Assembly (NCBI RefSeq): GCF_004010195.1
Contig: NC_057749.1
Location: 9,512,646 to 9,576,645 of the forward strand
Direction of reading: 5' to 3'
DNA length: 64,000 nt
From: Chiloscyllium plagiosum
Lineage: Eukaryota
The position numbers were made by a program, and so were the translations under genes. The notes below the pieces were generated by a model. It had not been told where the DNA came from. It worked only from the letters and a program-made list of their open reading frames with translations, and did no database searches. Positions 63,005 through 64,000 of the stretch are shown piece by piece (the first letter of the stretch is position 1; every line of letters begins with the position of its first letter).

Positions 63005-63222
63005 ATGCTAGATGTATGGAATCAGCTACCAGAGGAAGTGGTGGAAACTGGTACAATTGCAACATTTAAGTGGCATCTGGATGGGTATATGATTAGGAAG
63101 GGTTTGGAGGGATATGGGCCGGTTGCTGGCAGGTGGGACTAGATTGAGTTGGGATATCTGGACGGCATGAACGGGTTGGACCAAAGGGTCAGTTTCCATG
63201 CTGTACATCTCTATGACTCTAT
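63005..63222 (+). mobile_element. CR1 LINE 3' end
   Basis: Tail gaccaaagggtcagtttccatgctgtacatctctatgactct. Confidence 0.85.
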
Positions 63223-64000
63223 TCCAGCTCCAGGACCTGATTCACATGTCAACTCTTCACACACATGATGTGGGAGCTTGCTGTGTGTAAATTAACTGCT
63301 GCATTTCCTTCAGACAACCGTGACTACACTTCAAAGTAATTTCACAAGTAAACGGCCTCTGTTGATCATCTTGGATCTCTGCCTGCACAGTTAAATGCTG
63401 GGTTATGTTTCTGTCAGACTTATAGTCACTTCTGACTTTTCACAACCTTAAAATGAAAGGGACCTCCGTCAGTGCTTCCAAAATCTAAGGTTGAAGCACA
63501 TTGTTCAGTAGCAGCCTTATACCGTGGCCTTCTGTTCACAGCACTGTTACACAGAAGTACTCTTACCAACATGATGGCTGCCGTGGTATCACATTGCAGT
63601 ATTTTGCTGCATCAATTGGCTGCGTTCGCGAGAATCAGGCTCAGCAGCTAAGATGTTCTTCACAACAGAGCAGTCTGAGTAGGGGGAGCTTGGCGATTTG
63701 TGTTTGTCTTTTCTCCTTCGTGGGATAAGTGTGTTGTTGTGGAGGCCAGCGTTTGGTGCCCATCCCTAATTGTCCTTGAACTGAGTGGCTTGAACTGAAC
63801 TGCTGCATCATTCCAGGGGCTTACCCTTGAGAGTTAGACACATTGCTGTGGGTCTGGAGTCACATGTAGGTCTGGACATGGATCTGAGATTTCCTTCCCT
63901 AAAGGACATCGGTGAGTCAGAGGGGGTGTTTACACAATCAGTGATAGTTTCATGGTCATCACTACTGAGGTTAGCTTTATAAAGTCCCATGGCATCATGG

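Noticed and set aside
54744..64000. Search for CCBE1 exons 1-2, including ORF 62332..62520
   Set aside because: No KYPC..TC.R-like segment seen, and the 62332 ORF has no recognisable homology. These exons are likely outside the window, although a divergent exon could be missed by eye.

Overview
Vertebrate genomic DNA, almost certainly a cartilaginous fish. This is inferred from abundant HE1-type V-SINEs and HER1/CR1 LINEs; a carpet/bamboo-shark-like genome is plausible but not provable here. The window lies inside one minus-strand gene of the CCBE1 family (collagen and calcium-binding EGF domain protein 1). I traced eight consecutive GT-AG exons equivalent to human exons 3-10: 54743-54691, 31747-31613, 27389-27252, 24122-24016, 16664-16556, 11016-10868, 8035-8000 and 3607-3572. 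They total 763 nt, are phase-compatible and have no stops. Exons 1, 2 and the last exon were not found and are presumably outside the window. The protein diverges from tetrapod CCBE1 in the linker, so it may be a paralog. The introns are mostly decayed retroelements: HE1 SINEs, CR1 LINEs, Rex1/Babar-type 3' ends, Deu-domain SINEs and a second LINE/SINE pair. The most unusual signal is a dense set of Penelope-like-element (PLE) derivatives carrying minimal hammerhead-ribozyme cores (CTGANGA-stem II-GAAA-palindromic ACGT/AGCT). Many are 90-280 bp non-coding insertions or long palindromes with clear 7-13 bp target-site duplications. One palindrome has two hammerheads on opposite strands, and several cores lie in the sense of the CCBE1 pre-mRNA. 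All comparisons to known proteins and repeats are from memory; no searches were run.
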